Source of the DNA: Macrostomum lignano
Taxonomy: Eukaryota
Reading direction: 5' to 3'
Assembly: GCA_002269645.1 (NCBI GenBank)
Contig: NIVC01003148.1
Location: 7,877-71,876, forward strand
DNA: 64,000 bases
In this document: positions 36,439 through 48,609 of the stretch, in pieces
How the letters are laid out: the number at the start of each line of letters is the position of its first letter
Position numbering within the stretch: position 1 is the stretch's first letter
Notes under the pieces: generated by a model
Told to the model about the DNA's origin: nothing
Seen by the model: the letters and a program-made list of their open reading frames with translations, nothing else
Database searches by the model: none
Made by a program: the position numbers and the translations under genes

Positions 36439-37520
36439 CCGGCCCCACGCCTCTGCCTGTCTACGGGCCTTCAGGGGCTAGCGGAATGGGCGACCCTCGC
36501 CTCCCCGCTGTGTCTACGGACCACCCTGCAGCTAAGTTAAGTAAGTTAAAGCTAGTTTGGGTAGACATTGAAAACAATAGCGCAATAAATTTTTGCTTTG
36601 GTAATATTTTTATAATTGCATCCCTGTGCGGGATCATGCGATGAGGAAGTCCCAATGTATAAAATGTTTGATCGACTGTTTTACCTAATACGAGTAATTT
36701 ACCCAGAAGATTTACCAAATATGGTGCCCATATTACAAGATTTCGGTTATTGCGTTTCACGCTGGCAATAAAATTGATCTTTGTGTCAATCTATGAAAGA
36801 ACAGGATTATCGTAACATAGGAAAAAAGATAAATAGACCACGGGAACGCAAATGATGACAGATCATATCTTTGGCATAAAAACTTGCACAGGAAACTGAG
36901 CTAAGTGGCCGTCTAATGGAATGCCCATGGCCGAAATAAATGAACGAGAAATGACAACTTTCTGCTAATTGTGTCCCAGAGGCATCGCGTTTAGAGATGC
37001 AAAACAGACTTACCCGGTATAATAAATACATGTACCGAAAAGTGTGTAAAATAATGAGCGTTATTAATTCTAACTTGTAAATCACACGAGTGCCCACTTT
37101 AATTTAGATCCAGAAACGGTGTAGGAAAGAGATAATTCTAATCTTTAATCGTACGAGTACTTGTATGTTGTATCGAGTCATCAACGTGATGGTTAGTTGC
37201 GGAATACTTCTAAAGACTTTAATTTCTGTTATAATGCTTACATATCTATACGTTCGTACATGTACATGCACATTTACTACGCCATTCTAAAAAATCTACA
37301 TGTACGTTCCCCTTTGATGATTCAATATACTAAAAACGGCAGTAACAAACTTAAAATTTTTTCCTATGCAGTTCTTTAAAGAAATAACCCACCAACGCAG
37401 ATAAAACATTTTCCAAGCCAATTTAACCCTTATTGGGAGAATCAAGCTATTGAAGACTTACCTTTCATTGTCCATGGCCCAAAAAAGGGGCTATGGAGCA
37501 ACCAATTTGAGAATTTGGGC

Positions 37521-37843
37521 CATAGAGGAAAGAATAGAATGGAGTGCTAATCTCAGCCAGTTATATGTATTTTTATCTCGCTCGATCGTAATTTTTAACA
37601 TCCCTTCCCCCCCCCGTTCCTTCCAATTGGCTCGTGACTGACTGCCATAGACAAAGTTTTTTTCGTCTCGTTTTCGTTTTCGTTCCCCCATGAAAGGTAT
37701 GTCCCAGCATAGTACGAGCTCGCATCAAAATATGCTTTCAGCCAATAGGAAGGAACGGGGGGAAAGGGATGTTTAAAGCGAAAATCGAGCGAGATAAAAA
37801 TAACTGGCTCAGATTAGCACTCCATTCTATTCTTTCCTCCATG
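37521..37843. mobile_element. hAT-type MITE (323 bp, roughly 110-120-bp imperfect TIRs)
   Basis: CAT(A/G)GAGGAAAGAATAGAATGGAGTGCTAATC TIRs and an exact 8-bp TSD ATTTGGGC (37513-37520 and 37844-37851). Confidence 0.9.
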
Positions 37844-38029
37844 ATTTGGGCGCGCAATCAATCCTTTTCACAGTGCTCGTATATCCTTCACGAATAACTT
37901 CAATGAAATAACGGCTGCAAATAGATGGCATATCAAAAAATGATTTGACATTAACACCTTGGTTTCAGAGAAACCAATCAAAATAGGCAAAGGCAAAACC
38001 ATGGCATACAGTATATGCCGAGAACAATC

Positions 38030-39206
38030 GTGTCTCTCGATCAAAACTGTTGGACAGATTGAAATCAAAGCCGATCAATGTTAAGAGAATTTCTTCCTCG
38101 TTTAAGCAGCGAGGGATAAAGCGAAGCATCTGCCGAAACCAGCCGCCGCATTTGGCTACTGTGATCTCAGACGTTGCCTCCTCCGCAATCCGATGAAGAA
38201 CGAGTACGCGCCACTCAAGCAGTGTTGTCTCAGGCGGTAGATTGTCCAATTCGATTTTCACCTGTGGCTGCGCAACTTGCCGCTTGGTGGCCGCCTTCAA
38301 ACAGGAATGCGCACACTCGGTCGGGTTCAGAATGGAGAATATGGAGGCAGTACTGCAACCTGCCAGTTCAGCTCAAGCTGCTGGGGGACCTCAGCCCGTT
38401 ATGCAAGCGAGCTCCATCGACGATGACTAAGAAGTTGTCGGCATTGTCTACATCATCTCGATTTTAGAAAGCATGGAGCAGCTCCTCGACAATGGTCGAA
38501 ACACGTTTGCAGTCAGTGTGTGACCGACAATCTTATGGTGTACCAAGCCGAGATTTGGTGCCACTGCCTGCAGTAAATTGACCTGAATCCCACGCTGCGT
38601 GTGCAAAACACGTCGGACTCGCTGGCCACGTCTGCTGCGTTCTTGGGACCGGCGAGTCCAAATGTTGAAACCGGTCTCATCAACATAGATGAGGTGACGT
38701 TCAGGTGGAACACCAGTGAGCCAGTGAGCAAATTGTCATCGGCGTGCCCGGTTTTCAGGACTATTCCTGACCACTGGCACATCGGCGTCTCGACCAAGGC
38801 ACTTCAATGTAATCAGCTGTTTGTCCAAGGTCCGGCTTACAGTTGTAGTGCTCACTTTGAGGCCTGGATAGGTGTCAGTCAGCTTGCGTTGCTACTTTTT
38901 CAGCGTCACTAGAGGATTGCTATCCAGTGATGAAAGAAGCAGTTGGATGTATTGCTCTTCCAGATCTCCACCCCGTGAGTCTCGTGATTTCATAGCGACG
39001 CCTGATCAAATAGACTGTTTTTCTCTTTACGTCCAGCGATAGCGAAATGTGCTCAGCACTATCACCTCTCTCGATGGCAGCGATCAGGTTGTATTGCCTA
39101 TCTTGCGATAGGGTTCTCACCGTGCAGGATTCTGCTCATCCACTGCATTTTGGGCTGTAGCAAAACTTTCGTCACTGCTCTGCTCGCTAAATTCTTCGTC
39201 TGCCAT
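38030..39206 (-). pseudogene. Tc1/IS630-like DDE transposase pseudogene
   Basis: MADEEF...PYRKI/LIAAIERGDSAEHISLSLDVKRKTVY (HTH), LIYVDETGFN, IVDGARLH and LPPYSP/LNPTECAHSCLK. Multiple stops and frameshifts. Confidence 0.8.
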
Positions 39207-40037
39207 ATCTATGTTTGTCTAATGCAATTTGTTATTTTCTATGGTCTAAGGCTTGCACAACTGTGGAAAGGATGAATTGCGCGTCGAAATTCTCAAACTG
39301 TTTGCTCCACAGACCCCCCTTTTTGGCCATAGACAATGAAAATCAAGTCTTCAATAGCTTGATTTTCCCACTAAGGATTAGTTTGAATTGCTTGTGTTGT
39401 GTGGGGTGCTGGGGGTGCTGCGTACACTTTACCATCGTGCTCTTTAACTCTCTCCTTCGCTTGTTCTTTTGTGCGTACATGCACGTGACTAATATGTCTA
39501 TTTTACAGTCCCCAAACGATTGATCGGTTAAAATACTATTTCGACAAATACATATATGAATGATTTTATCATGCTATCGCATGAGCATCTTTCTGCCACG
39601 CATACTAAGTGAAATCTTTACAGCTTGCTTCTAGGCTCAATTGGCTTGAGAAATGCTATACTGAGCACTGAAAACTTATCCTTCCAGCTCACGAGCACTT
39701 ATCTCTGGCCTGTGCTATCATACATAACTGTTGCTACATATTGAAATCTCTTAGTTTATTAATTTGCTCTAGAGATACAGACAAGTGCATGAGTACCACC
39801 ATCGCCATATATTTTTAAAATCAACAGCCTTGCTCAATGCTGTACGAGCCACCACCAATAAATAGTATCATTGAAAAAGTCAATGCCGAAACCAATACAA
39901 GTCATTACCCGGGAAAAAAAACATGCCAAACTTTCCAAGTCCACCATGTACTTGGATGACATTGTTGACTTACCAAGTTTGCAAAGTATCATTGTCATGT
40001 ACTTAAAAAGTATGCAATGTTTTTACCCAACTTCAAT

Positions 40038-40711
40038 CGACTTTCCAAGTTTGCAAAGTACACTTCCGATGTCTACATCCAAGTACTTAGAAAGTATCCA
40101 AAGTAGAGCCTACTTGGTTCGACTTTCCAAGTTTGCAAAGTACACTTCCGATGTCTACATTCAAGTACTTGGAAAGTATCCAAAGTAGAGCCTACTTGGT
40201 TCGACTTTCCAAGTTTGCAAAGTACACTTCCGATGTCTACATCCAAGTACTTAGAAAGTATCCAAAGTAGAGCCTACTTGGTTCGACTTTCCAAGTTTGC
40301 AAAGTACACTTCCGATGTCTACATCCAAGTACTTAGAAAGTATCCAAAGTAGAGCCTACTTGGTTCGACTTTCCAAGTTTGCAAAGTACACTTCCGATGT
40401 CTACATTCAAGTACTTGGAAAGTATCCAAAGTAGAGCCTACTTGGTTCGACTTTCCAAGTTTGCAAAGTACACTTCCGATGTCTACATCCAAGTACTTAG
40501 AAAGTATCCAAAGTAGAGCCTACTTGGTTCGACTTTCCAAGTTTGCAAAGTACACTTCCGATGTCTACATCCAAGTACTTAGAAAGTATCCAAAGTAGAG
40601 CCTACTTGGTTGACTTTCCAAGTTTGCAAAGTACACTTCCGATGTCTACATCCAAGTACTTGGAAAGTATCCAAAGTAGAGCCTACTTGGTTGACTTTCC
40701 AAGTTTGCAAA
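40038..40711. repeat. 82-bp tandem array, about 8.2 units
   Basis: cgactttccaagtttgcaaag recurs at 40038, 40120, 40202 and onward. The last units are 81 bp. Confidence 0.98.
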
Positions 40712-42984
40712 ATCCGTACATACACCTTTTTTACCAGCAGGATAACAGCTTTTATTTAGCTGACATCGCTCCCACTCACAAAAAATGATTATATGGCTAT
40801 TCCTCGGAATTTTTGGATTCCTGAATACAGCTGAATACAGCTACAGCAATACATCACGAAGGTGTCTGTATTTTTCTTTGGGAAGATTTATGAGCTTGGC
40901 TAGCTGCATCATCAAAGCTAGTTTTCTGTAAAAGGCAAACATTCTTTTGGATTGCATAATTTACATGAAAAGACTCTATAAATACATTTACACAATTGCA
41001 CATTGCAAGACTTTAATACTTTTACTAATCTATTATGATAAAAATTTTAGGAAGTTTTGCTAAAATATCAGTATTTACTGATTCTTGAGTGTTTGTTTCA
41101 CTAACAAATGAAATGAATATTACATCTTATATTGTTTGGGCAAATGATTATTATCTAATTTGTTTAAACTGTCAAAATTCGAAATGAAAATTCTAATTTT
41201 CGCTTTCGCATAGGTTTGTGTAAAATTGTCCTTTTATCTTTCTTTTCAAAGTTAGGCTTTAGTTAGATAGGCCTTTTAGCAATTATTTGTTGCCGATTTT
41301 ATTTCATATAGTAGTTGATATACCTTGTCGCTCAACAATTGGCTGACTATAGTTATTGTAATTGACATTTTATATGGCCCAGTAGGCCAACCTACCCACT
41401 ATGCCCTATACTGGCTATAGGCATAGGCCTGCCTTCTTGGCTTTAACTAGATCTAGAAGTTTTTTAGGGGGCTAATATTATAGTCATATGGGCTTAGTAT
41501 AATACTGATACTGACTCAGAATATAAATATAGATAAAATTTTAAAACTGACTTTTGTGAGTTGTGACTTAAGAATTATTGTCTTGATCTGCATAATGGTT
41601 AGTAGGCTTATATTTATAGGAAAAATCATCTGGCCTCCCTTATCTAACCTTGACCTTGTTTACAGTTTTGCCTTTTAGCTTCTGTTTTTAATCTTCAGTT
41701 TTAGATTTAATGTCATTGTAAAAAGTGCAAGAAATGCTTCAGAGTAAAAATAGGCCCCCCTACTTTGTTTTTTTACTTTTAGTTTTAGACAGCTGGACTA
41801 GAATTATCCAGGCTATGTTATTAATTTTGATTGCACATTTTTGACTTTTATTATTGATAATAGATTAATAGTAATCATATTGTTTTATTAAGTCTTAGGA
41901 TATATGTTGATTAGGCCCTATTGTAATTATAATCATTCTAATAAATTGTCGTTTGCTTATTAGAAATATAATATAAGCCTAGTCAGTTTTTAATTATAAG
42001 CCTAGAAGTATTTAGACTTAAAATTTTATTTTTAGTTTATAGAATATTTTTATTTTTAGTAATTTGATGATTTAGATTTTAAGATCAGAAAATTAAGCAA
42101 TTTATAATAAAAAAATATTTAAGTATATTTATGAACTATGTAATGTTGTATTATTGGTCTATTAAGGACAAGGCCTAAATTAAATTTTTATTTAAAAGCA
42201 AAGTAATATTTTTGTTTGGAATATATTTAGATTTCAATACTTTCTACATTTTATAATATCTATATCTATACATCTATAGATACATCTATATATACATCTA
42301 TAAAAATATTTTAAAGACTTATTTATTACATTCAAAAAAAGATTGCTATTAGTCTCAAAATAGTAATTATATTATAAAGTGCATTTACTTGGCATTTCTT
42401 TAGATTAAGAACTATTACCTGGGTAAAACTTACATGGTTTAATTTTTTTGTGAAATATCCAATTATTCATATTCACTTAAATTTCCATTTCAGCTACCAT
42501 CTACAAATGTCATCATCTATATTAAAAAACCTGCTGAAAACAATAAAGATTTGTTAGCTGTATAATTGTACATTTTTTTACTAATTTTGTTCAAAAAAAT
42601 TGGCACCTGACTAAGCAATTTATTTTTTATGCTGCTTTTTCTTTGTCTTGCATTTTTCTGCCTGTGATCATCTGAATAATTTGTTAAGTTGCAACTTTTA
42701 TGTGCATCAATACTTTGAATACAATATAACAGTACACTTAACAATTATTTTGAAGCTCCTATTGCTTGTTGAATTTTTTCTTTAACAAGTGAAATTCTGT
42801 ATGATGGAATTATTTTTTGTTCTTTGTAACTTTTGCAAGTCCATGGTATGAGTTATCAACATTTTGCCAAGTGCTCTATAGATAAATTAGATATTTAATA
42901 CATTCACACTTGGAACCATATACTTTCTAGTAAATAAGTCACCTAAATCAATTTGAAATGTGATAAGTATTTATAGCTCTTGTG

Positions 42985-43593
42985 AACATTGCATACTTGG
43001 AAAGTACTTGAGAAGTGACTTGAGAAAACATTGCATACTTGGAAAGTTCTAGAGAAGTGACTTAAGAAAACATAGCATACATGGAAAGTACTAGAGAAGT
43101 GACTTAAGAAAACATAGCATACTTGGAAAGTACTAGAGAAGTGACTTAAGAAAACATAGCATACTTGGAAAGTACTAGAGAAGTGACTTAAGAAAACATA
43201 GCATACTTGGAAAGTACTAGAGAAGTGACTTAAGAAAACATAGCATACTTGGAAAGTACTAGAGAAGTGACTTAAGAAAACATAGCATACTTGGAAAGTA
43301 CTAGAGAAGTGACTTAAGAAAACATAGCATACTTGGAAAGTACTTGAGAAGTGACTGGAGAAAACATAACATATTTGGAAAGTACTTGAGAAGTGACTGG
43401 AGAAAACATTGCATACTTGGAAAGTACTTGAGAAGTGACTGGAGAAAACATTACATACTTGGAAAGTACTTGAGAAGTGACTGGAGAAAACATTGCATAC
43501 TTGGAAAGTACTTGAGAAGTGACTGGAGAAAACATTGCATACTTGGAAAGTACTTGAGAAGTGACTGGAGAAAACATTGCATACTTGGAAAGT
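42985..43593. repeat. 42-bp tandem array, about 14.5 units, in two sequence subtypes
   Basis: The unit TTGGAAAGTAC(T/A)..GAAGTGACT..GAAAACAT.GCATAC switches from subtype actagag/ttaag/catag to acttgag/tggag/cattg near 43340. Confidence 0.98.
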
Positions 43594-43713
43594 TTATTGA
43601 GTGTACTTGGAAAACTTAGAAAGTACTTAGGCGGTACTTGCCACGAGGTTGCATTGTTGACTTACCAAGTACTTAGCAAGTTTGGTTTGTTTTTTTTTCT
43701 CGGGGTTATTCAG

Positions 43714-44987
43714 TTATTCGCACTTTAACTTCATTACAATCGCCTTAGTCTGAGGCCACTTATTGCCTGTAACAAAAACGGATTGGTATGTAAACGGCGC
43801 ATTGGTGTTCCTCTTCGTTACCACTCCGTTGGGGTTCACTCTTAAGCAGCTGCCAAACCAAAATCCGCCAAAGCCAAACACTCGAGAGCAAGACATTTTT
43901 GGATTTGTATCGTGATCCCTGTCGTAGGTGCTAAATTGCTGCTCATTGTGCACCCTGACGAAACCGTCAATAGTTGAGCCCGCTTTCTTATCGCCCACTC
44001 GAAGTCGGTAGTTCTGGTCGGCGCTCAAGACCTGGAATCGGCCATATTCACCCCAGTACTTCTTCTTGTCCAAACCTTCGGCTTCAATTCTCAGTCGACA
44101 AAGTGTAGTCTCGGGATTGCGCCAAGTAACATCGGTTTCTTTGGTCGCAGTGATGGCGAAAAGACTCTCCAGTCCTGCAGTATGGAAGCATGGTAAGCGA
44201 TTTTAAAACTGCAGAATCAGCTAGCCTTGATAAAGCAGCTGTTATAGTCTGAGATTATTCTAAGAGTACACACCGATCCAAAAATTGGACTTTGGATGTC
44301 CGAATCCCTTGACGTAGTCGTCCCAATTTTTCTTGAATGACAAATCGCCATTAACCTGTCGCTGAATGACAAACCATCGGCCTCTGTAGCAGTCCTTGAG
44401 ATTCAATGGAGTCAAACTTGCTTGCGCTTCGAACATCACCGCAGAGCTAGCTACCTCTCCGATCAGGTTAAATTGCACTGCCTGCTGAAGAGACCACGGA
44501 TTGCTCACGAGTTCATCTCGCAGTCCTGAGCACCTCTGGTAAGTGTCGCATAGGAACAAAAGTTTCCAGCTGCCACGCTTGCTGGTTGTAATCACAGTCA
44601 GCTTCGAACTCTTACTCGCGAGTGCCGCGTTCAACTTGACGTCAACCTGAGAAACGATGACTCGACCAATTTTTTTCCGCGGCCCATGGTACTCTTTAGA
44701 ACAGGAGTTTTCACTTGAAACGGTACAGACAACTGATACTTCAGGTAAAGACGGTTATACCTGAGGGTGCTGCAAGACCCACCGAGCTTGACTCTCGGTT
44801 CGGCCACTTGAACGCCTCTTCCCAACTCGAATACCCGCAGCTTCAAGCCTTTTATAGTGGTCGTGCCAACGATTTCCTTGAAAGAGTAGCTAGAATGCGG
44901 ATCATTCTGGCAGCTACACGTCATCAGAGTTGGACAACAGCCGATCACGAGCAGAAGTGCTGCAATTACTCTAAGTTTTAATTCCAT
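43714..44987 (-). CDS. Secreted fibrinogen C-terminal-domain protein (FREP-like), copy A, with a -1 frameshift in an A7 run at about 44670-44676
   Basis: Signal peptide MELKLRVIAALLLVIGCC. FReD motifs WFVIQRQVNGDLSF, WDDYVKGFG, NFWIG, FSTYDRDHD and GGFWFGSCLRVNPNG. GT-AG intron 44273-44175, phase 1, splices in frame. Confidence 0.85.
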
Positions 44988-46049
44988 GCTAGAATCTGTT
45001 CGCTATTTTAAGATTTCGGACGATTTCTTCCTGTCAAAATAATGGTAAACTACTTTTTTGAGCTTTTTACAGTTGGCTTCCGCATGGCTTGCCACGACAG
45101 GAGTTTATATAAACAGTTTAATGCGGCAGTTTATCCGGGTTTTATCCATTACACCTGTATCCTTCTACGGAGGTGAGGGTAGATTAGCTAGGGTTTTTGC
45201 TTTCGTTGAGTTTTAAGAATAAGCGAGTGCAGTCATTGAGTATTTTTTTCAGATGCGCCCGCAGCTTCTCTCCTCCTTCAGATCCTGGATTGTGCACGCG
45301 CTGCGTTCATTACTCCTTTTGTCTCGACGGTCAGCTCGACTGGTTCGCTCAACTCGCCGCCTCGCTCCTGTCTTCTGTCTGGAATGGTCGGTGGCTGCTA
45401 TTGTCTTCTCTCGTTCTGTTGCCTTCCATTTTGGGCACTTTTCTTACCTATTCGCTTCATATTTTTGTATATGCTCATACTCTACTCTGGCCCCGCCTCG
45501 CTTACCACTCCTCGGCTTTGCTTCTTGATGCGCCTCATTCTTGCGGATTTCTAAGCCTTCTATATCCTTCATAATGACAAGAGGCCCGCTGCCGCCCCCG
45601 AGTTTTGTTGAGCAAACTGCTTTTTCATTGGAAACTAACTTCTGTGCGTGCTTTAGCTGGACATTGGTCGTTTTTCTTTCCAGGTGGACGTTACGCTCGT
45701 AAATTTTAAAAAAAATACTGTTAAGGCAAACAAACTGCCGACTTTATTTGCAATTGTATAACGTCTTCACTTTGACAACAACAAAAAAAACAACTGAGTA
45801 CGCTGTTAGTTCGCAAAAGCAGCGTCAGATGGCGCGCTTCGAAGCTTGGGCGCGAACAAAGGCCGCACCGCCGGCAGAGTCCGGGGCGCCGGCGTGAGCC
45901 AGCAGACAGTCGACGCTGCGAGAGTTGTACGAGACGCACGCGTGACCGTCCTCCGTGAACACAAAGTTTGTGAGTCGATTTTAACAGAAATTAAGTCTGT
46001 TGAAGATCTTGATCTCCTTGATGTGAGTCAGTTTCTCAGTCTAGGCCAT

Positions 46050-46400
46050 CCAACAGCATTTCGGCAGCTTTGTGTGAGAACACAAGTATCTCCAGTAGTA
46101 CTGGTTGGTGTTTCTATCGATGGCTCTACAGACACCCTCCTTCCAGCCAATAGAGCTCTAAGAGCACTGGCTTCGAGGCAGCATATCTGCAACCGTTACA
46201 TGTACAGGTAAGACAAACTATCTAGGGAGTAAACAACAGAGAAAACAGAGACATGAGCTTCTTCGAGACTGACCGGCTCTCTTCCTTAGCTTGGTGTACT
46301 CTCCGAACACTTCGACCTTGCACAGAGTGAGCCACTTCAGATTGGTCCTGATGATGACATTCTGCATCTGCATGATTGATCTTGTCGCACTTGAATCTCT
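46050..46400 (-). pseudogene. Possible lectin-like relic (F-type lectin/F5-8 C-terminal strand plus a Cys/Trp segment)
   Basis: NVIIRTNLKWLTLCKVEVFG resembles the LTLCEVEVYG motif, and a downstream segment reads GVCRAIDRNTNQYYWRYLC. Frames are broken. Confidence 0.3.
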
Positions 46401-46596
46401 TCACTGAGAAGAACGGCCTTCAGCCTACCGATTTCAGAGCCGCTGGGCAGCCTCTCGATGCAAAGGGAAGAAGGCCAGCTCTGGGTTTCAGTCTCTTTGT
46501 TTGTTTTGGGAGCCAACTTTAAGTCAATTCAAGCTAATTTTTCGTATCTGGTTCAAGAATAAGTTTTATTAGGTGATATGACGTGACTATAATATA

Positions 46597-47299
46597 CCTT
46601 TTTACGTTCTATTTGATAAAAACTGCAACCAATTTGGCCACGGCTTAGCCTGACCATAGACATAGAATTTTCCATAGACAGCCACCGCTAGCGGCAACCA
46701 ATTTGGTAAAAACTGCGAGCTATTTTGCCAGCTTGAAGATAGCAGCTGCTCTGATGGCGAATCGTGGGCCGTACCAAAAGATAAGTCAGCTGGATCGAGA
46801 GCGAATCGTGAGAGCGTACAGGAGTGGCGACGACTGGGGAGAGCTTGGCAGAATGATGGGGATGAAGAAACCGACAGTGAGGAACATCGTGACCACGTAT
46901 GAACGAACTGGTAGAGTTGGCACTCTGCCAAAAGGAGGAGTGAAGAGGATGGCGCTGACGGAGGCTATGGTGGACACCATTGTTCAATTCGTCGAAGGTC
47001 AACCTACTGCCTCTCACGCCTCTCAAGTGCCTGCGCTGGATCAACTATTCCCAGACGTACTTCAATCGGTGCTTGAATGCTGAGGACATAATGTTCTGAC
47101 TTCGTCCATGTATTGTTAACATTCTTTATCGTTATTGTTATGCTATTGAGCTGCTATCTTCAAGCTGGCAAAATAGCTCGCAGTTTTTACCAAATTGGTT
47201 GCCGCTAGCGGTGGCTGTCTATGGAAAATTGCTGCGGCTGCGTCAGGCTGAGCCGTGGCCAAATTGGTTGCAGTTTTTATCAAATAGAACGTAAAAAGG
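46597..47299 (+). mobile_element. Tc1/IS630-like deletion derivative with ~150-bp TIRs
   Basis: TIRs 46597-46747 and 47149-47299. Internal ORF 46754-47083 (MANRGPYQKISQLDRERIVRAYRSGDDWGELGRMMGMKKPTVRNIVTTYERTGRVGTLPKGG) lacks the DDE domain. Confidence 0.85.
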
Positions 47300-48609
47300 A
47301 ATATTGATATTATTTTAATTGCATATGCAGTTTGACGCGTTTTGTTTTATCTATGGACTAAATGAAGCTGCAAAACAGGCTTAGGTTAAAAGCCCGCTGT
47401 GAGAATGTGAAATAAAGAGAAATAAGAGCAAGACTAAGAACCTTGGAGCCGCGGAAACGTCTGCCAGGATATCAGCACTAATAATTAATGCCTTAAGTAT
47501 ATTGAAGACTTTAAGTAACCTGAAAACATAACATTAGGTAAATTTTAAAAGAATGAGACAAAATGACCACAGTGCTCGAGTTGATAGGAAATGCGTGCAA
47601 TTAGTGTTGCACGTGAAATCTTTGTGCAACGCTGAATCGTGTGGTCGACTTAAATTTCGAATATTTAAATTTAAAATCTCTTAAAATTGAATATTCAGAT
47701 GAATGACTCAAGTCTCAATCGCTACGAATTGTACAGTTTCAGTACAGTTTCTTACAGCGCATAAAATTTAGTAAATGCCTCGGGTTGATTGGATGAATCC
47801 TAATTTCTTTAATATGCTAAAGAAAGGTGTCCATAATTAAGAAGTGGTATCATTGTTTCAGTGAGCCGATCATAAGAAAATTCAATATTCAGTGAAATTT
47901 TGAACTTTTAAGAGTCACAGAGGGCCAAATAAATGTCAGGTTAGACTGCCCTGAGACCGTTAGAGACATTCTAATTTTTTGTCAGTAGTTTTACGATGAA
48001 TATGCAGTCACAGCTAGTGGTAGGAGAAAGAGAAAGCAATGGGCCTAATGAGAAGTGGTGCAACTGATTATAGCAAGCTATTCTCAAATGATGCGATATT
48101 TTAAAACGCAAAATTCGCATCGCTGAATGTCGGATTAAAAAAGACTTGGATTGTCTTTTGATTGGCTTGGCGGTGTAAAGTGAGGTAGGTAATGAGCTCA
48201 GGGTGTGGGACTGGGATAAGCTTGGACCATTTGGCGTGTTTAAGCAGAGTTGAAGAATTGCTTCAATTTTTTCTGCAGCGATGAAACTTGAATAAGTCGC
48301 AGCAGTTTTATGCGAGGAGTAGCTCTTTAGAAAATCTTTCGAGTGCGTCCTCCCACGAACAGGTGTGGGCCCTTTTCAAGCCACTATTTTCACATTTTTT
48401 ATCGGAATTTTTTACACAGTTGCGCCGCTCAGGTAGAGTGGTGACAACAGGTGCTACAATTAGAAAGATAGCGACTCCCTTCAGGCATTCGATTTTTTAG
48501 AAGTGAAGGCGCATCGATAAAAGACTCAACTGTCTTAACACGGAGTCCGCCGGGTATCCCAGAAAGTGTGTTCTATATTTCCGGAAATATTACAACTATC
48601 AAGACCAAA

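Larger units (their letters stand above)
30793..36549 (+). mobile_element. Full-length LOA-type (R1/I group) non-LTR retrotransposon
   Basis: 13-bp TSD AGCTAGTTTGGGT (30780-30792 and 36550-36562), 473-nt 5' UTR, ORF1, ORF2 and a TAAGT/TAAG short-repeat tail. Confidence 0.95.
39908..43705. mobile_element. Putative non-autonomous TIR element with subterminal tandem arrays and an AT-rich core
   Basis: Left end CCCGGGAAAAAAAACATGCCAAACTT versus reverse-complemented right end CCCCGAGAAAAAAAAAACAAACCAAACTT. TTA flanks both sides (39905-39907 and 43706-43708). Confidence 0.5.

Noticed and set aside
44715-44981. 88-aa antisense ORF repeated at 59909-60175
   Set aside because: It is conserved only because the FREP duplicates are nearly identical, and it is the shadow of a real coding strand.
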